The notes under the pieces are model-generated. The model was not told the origin of the DNA. It searched no databases and worked only from the letters and a program-made list of their open reading frames with translations. A stretch of 63,573 bases of DNA, filler included, from Sluysia triapertura (taxonomy: Eukaryota), in assembly GCA_046118255.1 (NCBI GenBank). It is 5 parts of 5 records of this genome, joined end to end, with 100 filler letters (N's around TTAATTAATTAA, not from the genome) between each part and the next. Parts side by side here need not be neighbours in the genome. Positions count along the whole stretch, not along the records: positions 11,467 to 27,959 come from JBJNIA010202818.1; positions 28,060 to 39,502 come from JBJNIA010184701.1; positions 39,603 to 51,059 come from JBJNIA010184557.1; 2 more parts are not named here. One strand, given 5' to 3'. Below, piece by piece: positions 27,055-46,280 of the stretch. The stretch's first letter is position 1; every line of letters begins with the position of its first letter. Position numbers and translations under genes: made by a program.

Positions 27055-29716
27055 GTAAGTGTAATTTTCTTTTAATTAATATTTGTTTATTTTAATAAAT
27101 TCAACATATTATTCTACTGTTTATTTATTTGATTGCAATAATTATTTAACCTTTAGTGTACTAATGTTAAATATATCTAATGTTTAAATTATGTCAAAAT
27201 ATGCATTCATAGAGTGTATTAAATCAATAAATGTAAATATGCTAATATAGATACGTATTAAATATTCACTAAATGATTTGTTTAATTTTTTTATTAAAAT
27301 ATTTTGAAAGTAATATGTTTAAATAAATGAAATTTCAATTATTAAATAATTGTTTTGAAATTTAAATAATAAAATAATTTGTTTTAAAAAAGAAATTTAA
27401 AAAAATTTGTTTGATTAACAAGTAATGATTGTACATATTTTTAAATATTCAAGGTCATATTAAAATAGTATAATGACAAACCATTTTTATAGTACAATTC
27501 ACAATAAAAATTTACAAAATTTTTGCATAACTTCTGTTGGATTTAATTTACTAACTGCTCTTCGTTTCTAATTGGTATCAAATTTTGATTCATAATTTGG
27601 ATTACTTTACCAAACATATTTTTATGTTATACCTATTTTAATAGGTAGTAAAATTCAAGTAAACTTTTTTTTGAATTTTTATTTGAATGACTTTTTGAGG
27701 CGGTCTAGTAATTTAAAATCTTGATTAAAATGTCATTTTGATTATAAATTAATCTTGTAATATGTTAGGTATGCCATCACGACCCTTTAAAATCTCACAA
27801 ACTGTTTTAAAATTATTCTAAGTGTCAAAAAATACCTAAAAATATTAATTTTCCAAAAAAGAAAATAAAATTTCTACAAAAGAAATTTTGCTTCTATAAA
27901 TAGAATAGAAGCTTCTAGAATGTTCTAGAACATTCCATCGATTTTCATTGGCTGATGACNNNNNNNNNNNNNNNNNNNNNNNNNNNNNNNNNNNNNNNNN
28001 NNNTTAATTAATTAANNNNNNNNNNNNNNNNNNNNNNNNNNNNNNNNNNNNNNNNNNNNTCTTTAGTAATTGATTAATATAAATATTTAAGATTAAGATA
28101 ACAAAGGGTTAGTGATTTACTTTGTGTTGAGTATACGGGTGCTAAAGTTTGAATAAGTTGTGTCAACCCTGGTTATAATTCGTTTTTAAAAGAATAATTC
28201 ATTTTTATAAAGAAAATTTGTATCGTTATAATTTATATACTCTGATTGTAGTTTTGATAATATAACATATATATTGAGGTTTTGAGTTTATGTAGTTATT
28301 GAGTTTTGATTTAGTACTTTGGGAAAATAAAAGTATTAAAAGACATAACATAAGTTTTGATATCTAAAAAATGTAGATAAAATATTCATTACCATGTCGA
28401 ATGGATCATCACTTATGTATTTAACAAGTTTACAAGGATTAATTATCATTATTATTTATCATAAATTAATTGTTTGTTGTAGTTAATTATTACAATAATG
28501 ATCCAAATTCTCATTTTTAATACGGAGCAAAATAGGTCTTTGATCGTATTACTAATATCCTCATCAACTATATTAGAACGGCCTGCATTGTAGATGTTTT
28601 CGTTATTTTTAACTGGAATGTTTTGGTGTTTCTCACCATTCGGATCATCAATGAAGTATTTTTTTGAGTTTTAGATTTAGGGGAAGATTTAGAGTTTTTG
28701 TGTAGGAAAAAGTTGTTGAAAGTATGGAAATGTATGAAATTGTGAATAATTGAATGTTAATATTTTAAAATTTGTATCATTGTGTTTGAAGTAATTAATT
28801 AGGGTTTTGAAATACCACATTGTAGCAGCTCAACTCTTGATGTTTGATTTTATTACAAAATCAGAATATTGTTGAATTAATTACTGTTTTTTATATGTAT
28901 GTGTTTGAATAATAGCTAATTATAATTTTAAAACAATTAATCATTGATTATTAATTATTATTTATATGAATATTTGGATTTATAGAATTATATATTTTTT
29001 GGATTTGAAAGTACGTATTGTATATATAATTTAATATTATTAAATATAAACAAAAAATTTAAAGTAAAGACAATAAAATTTAATAATACTAATATAATAA
29101 GAAATTATAACTTTAGTTTAATTACTTTTTTAAGATTATTAAACAACCATATAATAGTTAAGACAAATAAGTCACTCACACAAAAATTTTTACAAAATAA
29201 AATTATTCACAATGGAAGATTATTAAGAACCCTATTTGAATCTTCGATTTGGCACTTATAACTCATCATCAGTTTTATTTCATTAAGATTTAGTGGAGAT
29301 AAAATTCAGGTAAAATATAAAATTAACATTTATTGTGCAACTGTTTAAATTATTTGCGGAGTAAAATCTTTTTTAAATTAATAACAGCTGATCTTTATAA
29401 AATATTAAATTTATTTTAACGGAATACAATTGTAGGTAAATCTCATAAAATTCATCGCACTTCATCACATAAAAACATTTCACATATACACAGTATAGTG
29501 GGCTGATTAGATTTTAAAAATTTTATTAAGTTTTGATTTAAATTTATTTGCACGACGTTTATAACTTATATTCTTTATAAACTTCCACTTCGTGATTATA
29601 AAAACTGTGCTTAGGGCACTTCAAAGTATTTATATTAAATTGCTGAGGGCGATGAAAAAAATAAGGCGTTAACGTGATTTTATTAACACACAGTTTCAAT
29701 ATATCCACAGTCGTTT

Positions 29717-30792
29717 TTAATACATTACTAAAAATCTCACATATGGAACGTTTTCTACCGTCCCAGTTAACTCCATCACAATGCTCTCTGCTCTCACAAC
29801 GATCCGAGCCACCGCTCTCGCCAGACTCTTATCAGTTTCAAGTAACGCGTCAATGAAACCAGCTTCAGGAAATCTAACAACATAATAAATTAAACTTTGA
29901 CCGAACTTTGAATTTATGATAAAATGCCCACTAACACGACCAGTCTCAAGTAACGCGTCAATGAAACCAGCCTCAGGAAATCTAATAACATAATAAATTA
30001 AACAATACGGAGCAACATTAATGGATGAATAAGGATAACCAGCTAAACCGTTATAAGACATGGTGGTATCCTTTAAAAGCATTAGGACATCACAAATTTG
30101 TTTAAAATTATTCGGTTTATCTAATAATAATAAAAAATAACACAAATATTGATCAAGTGCCGGCAATAACACAACACAGCAAAGTGCTTTCACTACATCT
30201 TTTTCAACATCACATATTTCTTTACTTTAGTATCTATTTCCAACTATTCGGTGGATTGAATCAATAGTAATATCTTCTTTTTGAATTAATTTAGCATCGG
30301 TAAACAAATACATGACGGTGGTCTTGCTACAGTTCTTCACGTCCTGCGTACCTTCTTCATATTAGCATTGATCCAGTAAATCAACAGCAGTCTGATAAAA
30401 GTCACTATTGACTCCCGTCTTTTTTCGAAATGGCAATTCAAATGAATAAAGTTTTCTTAAATAAATTTTTCTTAAAAGATACAAAATTCAAATTTAGCAT
30501 GTTCTGGTGATTTCTTCAAATAGTTTTCATTTATTCTTTGTATCACATCGTTGTCTGTAATGCATGATAAGTCTACTTTTAAAAGGTCTTCTCTTGGAGG
30601 TGATAAACTGCTTGAAAAGTAGTCTTCTAACTTTGTATTGTAAACTTTATCGTTCCGATCGTTAATTGCTACATCATTGTTGAGAAAAATCGAAAGACCG
30701 TAAGGAGCTCGTGGATGCAAATCTTCATCGTCAGAAATTTTTATTGTTTCCACACTTTGGATCAATAGTAGTTGTATGAAATTGGATTTCAT
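29717..30792 (-). pseudogene. Broken ~350-codon ORF of unknown origin with two ankyrin-like repeats
   Basis: Reading frame can be followed across one frameshift and several TAA stops. LIYYV(I/V)RFPEAGFIDALLET occurs twice as a ~58-bp DNA duplication with a 108-nt period; GQSLIYYVVR...ALLETG resembles the ankyrin consensus. Confidence 0.5.
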
Positions 30793-30794
30793 AT

Positions 30795-31002
30795 CTTGTT
30801 GTAAGTTGGTAACATTTTTTCACATTCAACAACTTTATCCGATGATTTTTCCTGTTTTCTAAAAGTGAACATCAGAACTGCAAATGCCAACTTTCGATAT
30901 TTCAATTAAAACATCATCGTTTTGTATAACTGGAATTTCTCTGTTTTCGTAATAAAACACTCCTTTTTCTTTTAGAACAAAACATTTATTCTTGCCTTTC
31001 AT
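30795..31002 (-). pseudogene. Sorbitol dehydrogenase (Zn-MDR) N-terminal fragment
   Basis: MKGKNKCFVLKEKGVFYYENREIPVIQNDDVLIEISKVGICSSDVHF*KTGKI matches SORD (..ENYPIPEPGPNEVLL..VGICGSDVHYWEYGRI). It continues with frameshifted DKVVECEK/NVTNLQQD, and the GHE motif is deleted. Confidence 0.8.
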
Positions 31003-31659
31003 TAAAATTTAAAATGATACACTTACAAATATTTAAAACATTCAAAAAATTTTTGTATTAAAACAAAAATCTAATAATAATAATATAACAATAACAATGA
31101 AATAATAATGGAAAAATAATAATAATGAACAAAATTGCCAAATGTTACACGAACAATGTGAGACAAATGAAAAGTATTTTTTTAACAATGATGTTTTATA
31201 ATAATTACTATCATTATCATTACTTTTGATAATTTCGACAATTTTCACCCATTTATAATTTTTATACTACTTCTCTTACTTTTATTTAACAGTAGATAAG
31301 TTTCATTCAATTTTGTAAAGTGAATTTCGAAAACCACAAAAGACAAATGAAATAAAGTAATAATAATAACATTATTAGTAATGATTATGATTATGATTAT
31401 GACATATAAATATAAACAATAATTGTTTTTAAATGTATCACTTTATTTCTTAATATTTGGGCTTTATTATTTTAACTTGATACAACTTTTTCTTTGTTTT
31501 TATCCAATGGAGCACAGATCTATTTGAAACACAAATGTAATTTTAATTTTAAAATACGAGTATGCATAAGTGGTGACTCATAATTTCTAAAATTCATAGA
31601 AGCATCGTTAAAAGAAATTGATTCTTTTTTTTACTTTTTTGTCATGAAGATTAGAAATA

Positions 31660-36168
<4,509 letters not shown>

Positions 36169-36916
36169 TTAGTGACAATCTTTAAATTAAGATTAGAATT
36201 TTTAGGGACAAAAATATCAACGAAAGAAATTATATATCAAAATACAATTGGAAGATATCTGTAGCAGCTTTGTAAGATCGTTTCAAAATTTATAATTTAC
36301 TTTTGAGTTTTTTATATCTTAGTTTTGTATTTAACAATTGCATAAAAATGTGTTAGTTTCTACAATGCATATCAATTTTATTCATTTAAAAACTGCATTG
36401 GTATTAATTTTTCAGTTCTATTTCACAATAATTTATATATGATATGAATAAAATTTGAAATAACTCTTTTTTCAGATTTCATTAAATTTCGACATTTGTT
36501 TATAAATAAACACATACCAACAACCTAAGCTTCATTAACTTCGCTTACAAATCCACATAATGCAACAATAGTGCATCAATGTAAATACATCTCGTAGATA
36601 CTAATTCTATTTCATTACTATTAAAGTTTTATAAGTATTATAAAAATACATAAAATACAAATTGAATTTCTCATTTTGCTTTTTATATTTTTTAAGAAAA
36701 CATTATTCAATATCATATAAACTTTTAACATTTATAAATATTACATTTATATCATTAATTGTAATTATAACTACATTAGTATTATTAAGCATTATATTTA
36801 CACAATATCATTTCTTAATAGTTAATTGAAATTAAAACGAGTGATCTAAATCAATGCAATATATTTTTTAGATTTAATTGATTACACTAGTTTTAAATAA
36901 ATACTTATTAAACTAA

Positions 36917-36921
<5 letters not shown>

Positions 36922-36948
<27 letters not shown>
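36922..36948. repeat. (TA)n microsatellite
   Basis: Direct inspection. Confidence 0.95.
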
Positions 36949-39433
36949 TACCGTTTTAATAAACACTAAGGTCAATTAGGAGCAAAATTTATTATTCGAA
37001 TGACCGCTAAGTTTTAAATTTCCAAAATTTGAATAAAAATTACTGCATATATTTCCATAAAGTTTTCATTATATATTTATCGCTGTATTAAAATATATTC
37101 ATTTATTTGAGAAAGTAAATTGATAATTAATTTATTTGTTTTCGTTTACCGTAAACATCATTAAAAAACATGTATGCAATGAAGATTAATGTAAATAAAA
37201 ATCCACTAATTTATATTATTTTAGTTTGTTATTAAATAATAATTACATTATTTTATTATTCATTGTTTAAATATTTACTTTTATGCAATTTTTTAAAATT
37301 AATCGATGCCAAATTGTAAAAGTTGTCAGTGCTCAAGTTATCTGGAAGATTTCGTAATTCGACACTAAATCTTTTAAATTTAAGCGGTAATATTTTCAAA
37401 AGCCACAACCTATTAAAATGACCTCCAACTATCAATAATATCAATAAAAGTGACAAAATCAAACACTACACATTGCATATAAATTTATAAATACAGAAAA
37501 CTGAAATTCTAAAAATAGACATTCACACTATATGGGTGCATGTAATATAATTATTATTATATTCAAAGTACATACGTAAAAATATGCCAAACCAATTAAG
37601 ATGGAATTAAGTTTATTCAGTTAAATTTAAAAATAATTAAAAGATACAGAAATAAAAACGGAATGTAAAATGCTGAATGATAATTAGAAATAAGAATTTT
37701 CAAGATAATTCAAAAAATTAAAATACAGGAACATTCACTTATATTAGAATTCTTTATTTACTACAGTTCCGATAAAAACAGTATTCGAGTCAACGCAATA
37801 AATTCGATTCAACATAGTCCAACGAAATATAAAAATTAAATTTGCCCAAGAATTGCCTCATGGAAGTTTTGGTATAGAATTAATGAAATCAATTATCATT
37901 TCTATTTTCAATTAAGTTTCTATTTTTTATACAGTTTTTGAAGTATTAAAAACAAAACAATTTCTAATTACATATAAATATATTATAAGGTTTTTTGGCA
38001 TATAAAAATTATTAATTTTTAGAATTTAAAGTTTTTATTTAAGGTATCATCTACCAAAATCTGACTAACCTCTGAGTGGACATTTGGTTCAAAAAGCTTG
38101 AGAAACTCTGGTTTAAATTGTAGTGATAAAATCATTTTTAATTTTTAGATATTCGTGGATTAATAAACAAATTTTAAGATTTAATTGGAATAATTTAATT
38201 TTAGCAAATAAAGCCCGAATATTATTTTCTAAAAATATTCAAGAATGGCAATCGAAATATACGAATATTTTATTTTACTGGCTTTATTTAAACAAGACGA
38301 TGAATCTAAATAAAACTATGTGCAGAATAATTGATTGCATTAGCCTATCCCTAAAATCATGACAACTAATTGAAGACAAAGGTTAAATATACTTAGTAAA
38401 TTATTACCATACAAAACTACTGTAAAACATATTACTGATAATAATAATAGATCATTTTAACCTTATTTATTTTAAACAATAAACTTACTCATGACAATTG
38501 TTACAAGGCTATTTTACAGTGAACCAAAAGTAGGTAACATGAAATGTAACAAATTCAGCAATATTTAAATTACAAGCTAATTTTTTAAGTACAAATCGTG
38601 AATATTTCACAATTGAAATGCTACTTTTACAAAATTAAGTCATATAAGACAAAACCATCCGTCTTCAGCTACATATTTTCTTTAATAAGCCAACTTGATG
38701 CAAATGATTTAATCATTAAATATAATTTAGGCCTTAAATGTTAAAAAAATAGATTATCATCTAAGCACGTTTAAACGAATGTTTCAAAGTTAATTGGAGG
38801 TTTTAAAATCATTGAAAAAAGTTTTCGCAACTTTTTCAACACAACATTAAATGAAAAACTGAAAGCTATAAATTTCATTGATATGCCAAAGAAATAACAT
38901 CTGTTTTACATTCAAAATTCAGAAAAATACGCACTTTAGTAAGATGGAATTATTATACAATAGATCTACAATGCCAGATCTAAAAAAAAGTATTCATTTG
39001 ATTTCGTGATTGTCACGTGTATTAAAAATAAAGATAAAATTTACATTACCTATTATTTAAAATGTTTTATGTTGAATAAAAAGAATCATAAAGTATTTAT
39101 AGTTTGGCTAACTTAAAAATTGTTCATTGGAAGAAATACAATATTCTGTAATTCTCATAATGAAAATGAAATTTATTAATAAACTAACGTCATTGTATTG
39201 CATTGATCAATTAAAGTATACTTACTAAACTGTCATTTGTTTACATTTCAGACTTATAAATTAGACTTGAATTTCATATGAAGCTATATGAAAATTACCA
39301 ATTTTAAGACAATGTCTGTAACAAAATTGCAACATAAATTAAAATGGAATAAGCAAGTGAAAACTATGCACAAACACAGAAATATTTGTAATTTTTAATA
39401 GATGGATCTGAATCGCTAATTTAACACAATTTA

Positions 39434-39502
<69 letters not shown>

Positions 39503-39619
39503 NNNNNNNNNNNNNNNNNNNNNNNNNNNNNNNNNNNNNNNNNNNNTTAATTAATTAANNNNNNNNNNNNNNNNNNNNNNNNNNNNNNNNNNNNNNNNNN
39601 NNTATATATATATATATAT

Positions 39620-40416
39620 AAGTGTCCCAAAAGTAACCGAACGGCAAACTTAAATAAAAATTAGATATCAATATCGACAAATGTAATTTCTTCTTCGCTA
39701 CTATTCATTTTCTTCTGTGAATAGTAGTAGTCTTTGCAATGACTTTTGTTGCGTAATCTTATTGATTTTTGTTCAGTGTGCGCTTCTGGACCCTCATTCT
39801 TAAAAATGCAGCAAAAGACTGAATGGGGATGCTAAAAGACTCAATTGTATTTATTGGGACAATGTGAATCCTCATCGTATTATTGAAACAGAAGTCAATG
39901 TTCCTGGAGCCACAGTCTGGCCTGGAATCGGCAGCACTGCCCTAGTTGGCCCATTCTTCTTCGAAGGAACTGTTAATGATGAACGTTACCTTGATATGAA
40001 GAAGACTAAAGTGTTTCCTATTGTTAATGAGTTCCCAATTTCTGTGATCTTCATTTTTAACAAGATGGAGTACCAGCGCACTAGACCAAAGATATTCGAT
40101 AATTTCTTGATGAAATATTTCCTGGACTTTTGATTGGACTCCGAGAACTAATCGAATGGCCTGACAGATCCACGAAACTGACACCACCTGATTTTTTCTA
40201 TGGGGAGTTCTAAAGAACGCAATTTATGCCAAAATACTTAGGACAGTCGATCAACTAAACAAAGTATTAAGCACGAATGGAACCAGATTTCAGAGGAAAC
40301 TATTGTCAAAAGATGTCGTGCTAATTTGAAGTTCAGTGTGGACAATTTGTAAATACTAAATATACCTATTTGTCGTTTTTGATATCTAACTTTTATTTAA
40401 GCTTGCGGTTCGGTTG
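39620..40416 (+). mobile_element. Internally deleted DD41D (rosa/Visitor-type) Tc1/mariner transposon
   Basis: TVWPGIG...GPFFFEGTVNDERYLDM, then in a shifted frame QDGVPAH...IEWPDRSTKLTPPDFFLWG with 41 residues between the 2nd and 3rd Asp. A ~38-bp inverted repeat (aaccgaac.gcaa.cttaaataaaa.ttagatatcaa) occurs at both ends. Confidence 0.88.
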
Positions 40417-43400
40417 GGATTGCTCAACTGATTAAGTCTAAAAGTAGATTAATTAATTAAACCTTAATTAACTTAATTAAGAAAAAGTACGTTTTTGTGA
40501 ATAACTTTTGAATGCGGAATGCTATGTTGAATTTGAAACTGTATATACATTTGTTTTGAAAAGACCTTTCGAAGAAGGTACGATTTGACCGATTTCATGC
40601 AAAGAAAGCCATACTATTGAGCAAAGTCAAATTTTAATTAATTTTTAATTATGGAATTTTGAATTTTTTATATTTAGAGTGATGCAAATGTAATGACTGG
40701 AATATGAGATGATTTCTATTAAAAATAAGAATTTAAAAGTGATTTTGCAATGCTTGTAGAATGGTTAGTTTGAGAATAAGAACCTTAAAACATTTTGCAT
40801 TAGAAAATTGGGTGTGAAAATCGAAAATTAATTAAATTCTAAAAAGTGAAATTAAATTCATTATTTTTACGTATGTTAACAATATTGTTATTTTAATGTG
40901 AGAAGTAATTTACGTGAAAATAAACTGAGTAGAGTAAAAGGAAATAATGGTTGATAATAAATCAGATTTCCATGTTTGGTACCTAATAAAGTTTGACAGA
41001 CCGTACCAAATAATTGTCAAAGTTGTTATTGTTGGTTTGATTCCCAAAGAGGTATGGATGATTTATATGAGAGAGTGTTTGATTGTGAGACTGGGAATTG
41101 ATTGGATGATGAGAGAGTATAAAATAAAATTTCTAAATTTTTACAACACAATCACACAATTACAGGACACAAGAGGATTTGCAGAATTAAGAAGATCCAT
41201 GCTCTTGTTAGGGATATTTTATTATTCTAATTTATAATCTTAATATCGTTTCAATATTGTTTTAATATTCTGGTTATTATCATCATTATTATTTTATCTT
41301 TTTCTTAAGGGATTTTAAAATCATTAGGTGGGAGACTCCCTTTGTAATTTATTTTTATAATATTGAATTCGTTTTTAGGAATTTTGAAGTCATTTGGTGG
41401 AGACTCACTTTGCAAATTATTTTTTGTGGGGACTTTAAAATTAGTTTTGTAAGAGACACTCTACACAACTTATTTTTCAAATATTAATTATTTTATATTA
41501 CTTTAACTTTTAGAAAGGATCTCTGCCCAAATTTTTATTACAATATTTAATTGTAATTAGGCTTGGTTAAGTTAACTAAAAATGCTTTGGTAGTATCACT
41601 ATTCTTCACTTTCTAGATATTGATATTGTTAGGGTCTTTGCGTCACTCCTGGTTCCTTAGTATAGTGGATTGTCCTTAATATTATTATAAATATGGCCAC
41701 TGCGCAATGATGACAAGCAAAATGGTAAAGCGATCCATATATTTAAGTAATCTTTTGCACTAGTTTATAAAATCAATGCTTGTATAGTTTGAGGAACAAC
41801 AAAAGTAAAGAGAAATGCTTAGTAATAATCAAGTTTTCTTTGTTGAATTTTAAAATATTTACATTTAGTTTGTTGTCATTAAAACAAAAGCCTAGCAAAA
41901 TCAATGTCGTTATGTTAATACTAGTCTTGTGTCTTTTACACATTTTTTATTTTCCAATTTATTAATCAGTACTCAATAACTAAACAAATTCAGAATCTCG
42001 ATATATTCTTTGAATTATCACAAAATTACAATTAAACAGACATAAATTATTCTTACGACAACGTCAATACAAAGTACTCTTTATAATAAAATACAGATTT
42101 TTCTTTAAACAATAATGCAAATTACTCTCTATAACAACATAAATTATTCTTTAAAATCAAATCACAACCCTAGGTCTCTAGCTCTAAATATTTATGTTGA
42201 TCAATTGTATCAAGGCAGCAACTCCCAGCTAGAAAGTTTTGGTATCTCAATTCTAACGTCGTTTTATCTCTAATTTTATGCAACAATGTAACTGCTTATG
42301 TAGCAGTTTTATGATGTTGTAAGAAATTAAAATCAAGAATTGAACAAGACGGAAATTAAAGCTGTCTATTTTCTTTTAGTCGGCAATAAGACTAGTAATT
42401 TTACTGATTGAATTTCGGCAGCAATTTCGTCTATGTACAAATTCAATCGAATATGTCAAACTTAATTTGTCAACTTAATCTGACAATAAAGTTTATGAAA
42501 TGACAAATCCATTTCTCATTAGGAGTATTTTGCATTAATACGTTATGCGTCAACCACACGTCGCACGTCAAGTTTAATTACATATTTGAATTAGTATCTT
42601 TAAAAGCATCAATTTGATATATACTTTATTAATACTTAGACATTAGAACATAATCTTTAATTTTAAATTACAAAATTAATTAAAATAACTAATTTTTACG
42701 TTATTACGTTGACGTGCTTCGCAATACTTCATCACTGAAACCAATAATAAAATTCAACATTATATCATGAAAAAACATTTCTATTGAGTTATTAAATTAA
42801 ATTAATTTTAATTAAGTTAATTAACAAATGTACTTTAATATTTTATCAAATAAAACCATATAAAAGGTTATTTCTTCATATTTCTCATCGTTTCATCTTG
42901 ATTCAAGTATTTCATATGCTTATCTTATCATTACAATTTATCATAATCTCCCATCTGAATTCCTCAATAATGTTCACCTTATTATGCCATCCTGAGTCTT
43001 GAACCTTTATATCTACCCTTATCCTTCACCATTCCTTACAAATTAATGTTACAAATGTTACATTAAAAAATTAACAAATTAAAAAATTTCATAATTTTAA
43101 TTTAATTTCAATTTTTATTTAATTCTTGAAATATAATATTAAATATTTGATAAAATATAATGTACAATTATACAAATCACTCAACCACAATTATTATGTT
43201 TGAATAGATTATCTCAGTGATGTTATGGAGTTGATACAAAATGATCAACATTTGTATTGTTTATTTCAAGAATAATAAGTTCATAAATACTTACTTTGAT
43301 GAATTACTGATAAAATGTATTTCTAATGTAAAGGTATTACGAAGATAATGTTATATTGGGTGCAATAATTTTACATTTGATGTATCTGGATATATATGGC

Positions 43401-45004
43401 AAATAATGTCCAATTGAATAAGTGTATATTTAAGGTTGTAAGGAGTGTGAGGTGTGGAGCTTGTAAATGTCTAATAATTTGTGAGTTATGGGACAAGTCT
43501 AACCGATTAATCATCTTACTACCTAGTGTTAATTATAATAATGATTTCTTGCATTGTCTTAGCTAATATAAATCGCAAGTATCTAATTTTCCTATGAATA
43601 ACATGTTACAATGACTTATTTTATTACATTTATAGCTTTTCCAAAAATATCACTTTAATCCAAAGTTATTTTACAAATCGTATTTTAATTAATCTATAAA
43701 TATCTTACATACAAAGCAATAGCACCACGCACTATTTAACCATTAATCATCTTTATTTTACTTATTCAATATTTCAACAAATGTCTAAATTCTTTGTCGA
43801 TCATTTTGTATGAAACAATCTTTAATATTTTGAATGTGTTTAATTAATACCATTAATAATCTTCAAACAGATGATATACAGAATACAAATGAAAGTACTT
43901 AACAATGAATAGCATGTTCAATTTTAGTTGTTGCAATTAATTTTTTGTTATCAAAATATTGATTTAATAATTTATAATACAACAAACTAAGCCAATAAGC
44001 GTGTTTTATTTGTTGTTACATGTGATTCATTAATTTAAAGTGCATAAGGTATGCATTTTGAAGATTTCTTTGAATATATTTCAATAATTTGAATTTTTGA
44101 TCATTTTGTTTGCCATATTACTTCATCGTATCTTTAAATATATCTTTACATGCTTGTCAAATCGTAGATTCTTCATGAATAAATAGCTGCATGTTTATAG
44201 TTAACATTTTTGACACCAAAAAATCAATTACTACCCTTAATGTATTAATTAATTAATGCAAATGTATTTCATTTGCAATACAACGAAAGTGGTAGACAAA
44301 TGATTTCTGAAAATATCAAATATTTACAATTGAGAATATATTTGTTATTTTTATCATTTGCCGGTCTTTAAAATCAATCGATTTGAATAATGATTATATT
44401 TGAAGATATAAATTTGTTGCAGTGAACTATAATTTTTGTTGGTGCTGATGAAATTAGTTTTGGACACGATAATTCATTCTAAAAGAACTGGTAGCATCAG
44501 GATTTAATAATTTAATAAACAAAATCGAATGTATTTTTCAATAAAATGACAAAAAAATCAACACAGATGTAACACACGAATCCAAAAATATTGTTTTGAC
44601 TATGCTGAGAGATTATTGAAGAAATTTTAAAATTCAATTTGTGACCAATCAAAATGGTTTTTAGAGACTCACAATAAGAAATAAATTCTTTTAAATATAT
44701 ATACACAATGCGCTCATTAAATAGCAAAACTAGCATATATAATTTATAAATAGTTATATATTATTTTACATTTTGGATTTTTTAAATTATGCTGGATTTC
44801 GTACAAAATCAATTCAAAGTCATCAAGTAAATAAAATTATGTAAGCACCAGTTCACTATAATGAAAGACCTAGAACATCTGGAACTAAGTCAATATTAGC
44901 TTAATGCACCTTGCGGCTCCAGTTGCTGCTTCCTTTTCATTGACATCTAATTTTTGTGAAGAGTTCTTTGAATATAGCTTTTCAATATTCAATATATATA
45001 CATA

Positions 45005-45477
45005 CAAGGACGGATCTAGGGTTTTAAGCACCCGGGAAAAACAAAATTTGGCTCCCTTTCATACAAGAATAAACAAATTTAGAGCGAATTAAAAAAATTA
45101 GTAGAAAAAGCAAAAAAACAAAATTGCACAATAAAGAACTGCGTAAAAAATTTATTTATTTAAAAAATAATACAATAGTCATTTACTTACAAGCGATACA
45201 ACATATAGAATAACGTAACGAGCAAATTTGAAGTTTGAGAGGCGAAGGAGCAACAACTTTAAAAATAAAGTTATGCTATTACAAGATTTTTTGTAATTTT
45301 TTTTGAAAATCGGTTTACAATATTAAAATAATTAGCGTTGTGACCTTTATTCGGTATTATTTATTGCTTACCAAAAATCGATGTCTCATGAAAAATGATC
45401 TAAATCTAAAAAATATTTTATTTTTTTATCGCCGCCCGGACAGTCGCCCAGCTTCTCCGTCCCTTGATCCGGCGTTG
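45005..45477. mobile_element. hAT-like MITE
   Basis: Imperfect TIRs caaggacggatc / gatccggcgttg with GC-rich subterminal sequence. TSD not clean. Confidence 0.55.
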
Positions 45478-45779
45478 TATATGAAGTTGCTGATTGTTAG
45501 TTCGTATATATAATGGGCGCAGCACATAAATAAATAATACAAAATGCACGATAAATATTATTCAAAACTTAATAAATCAATTTAAAATCAAAGAGTAATT
45601 AACTTCTGTGATGTTTTGATTTAGATAATATAACACATAAGAATTTATTGACACTTAATTGTCTAATTAAATCAATTTGATCTTCGAAAATGGATTGAAA
45701 ATGCTCGATTTAACAGTAATGTAATAAGAATAACAATATTTGTATGGGAAACATCAGTAACTAATATCTACAAGTAGTA

Positions 45780-46119
45780 GCTCAGTGTCTGACAAAGAAT
45801 TAAATACTTTTTTGTAAAATGGTCTAATGATCACCGAAGAAAGATCGACAAAATGTTTCAGAAATGAAAAATTATGGATACAGAATTTAACGAATTCGCT
45901 GCCAACCACGAATATACTCGTCAGACTTTCAATATATTATAATGTACAAATTGTGAAGCTTGGCCACATACATAAGTATACGAGTGTAAAAACTTGAAGA
46001 AAAGTTACAAATAAATTGTTATAAAAAGGTTCGATATAGTTATCTTAATTATTTAAATTAAACAGAAATGGCAGAGCGAATAACTTCGTACAATTTAGGA
46101 TTGGCAGAGAATGGGTTAA
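45780..46119 (+). mobile_element. piggyBac-like remnant, copy 2
   Basis: Ends ggcagagaatggg-TTAA and is homologous to 21170-21358. Confidence 0.6.
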
Positions 46120-46212
46120 AAATATTTCTGAATTCGTTGGGCGCTTAACAAACATAAAACATTACAGAAACATTAACACATAGACAATTTAAAAATATTA
46201 CAAAGTTTTTTC

Positions 46213-46279
<67 letters not shown>

Positions 46280-46280
46280 G

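Noticed and set aside
41300-41540. CRISPR-like repeat-spacer array
   Set aside because: Eukaryotic context, degenerate repeats with irregular spacing, no cas genes.
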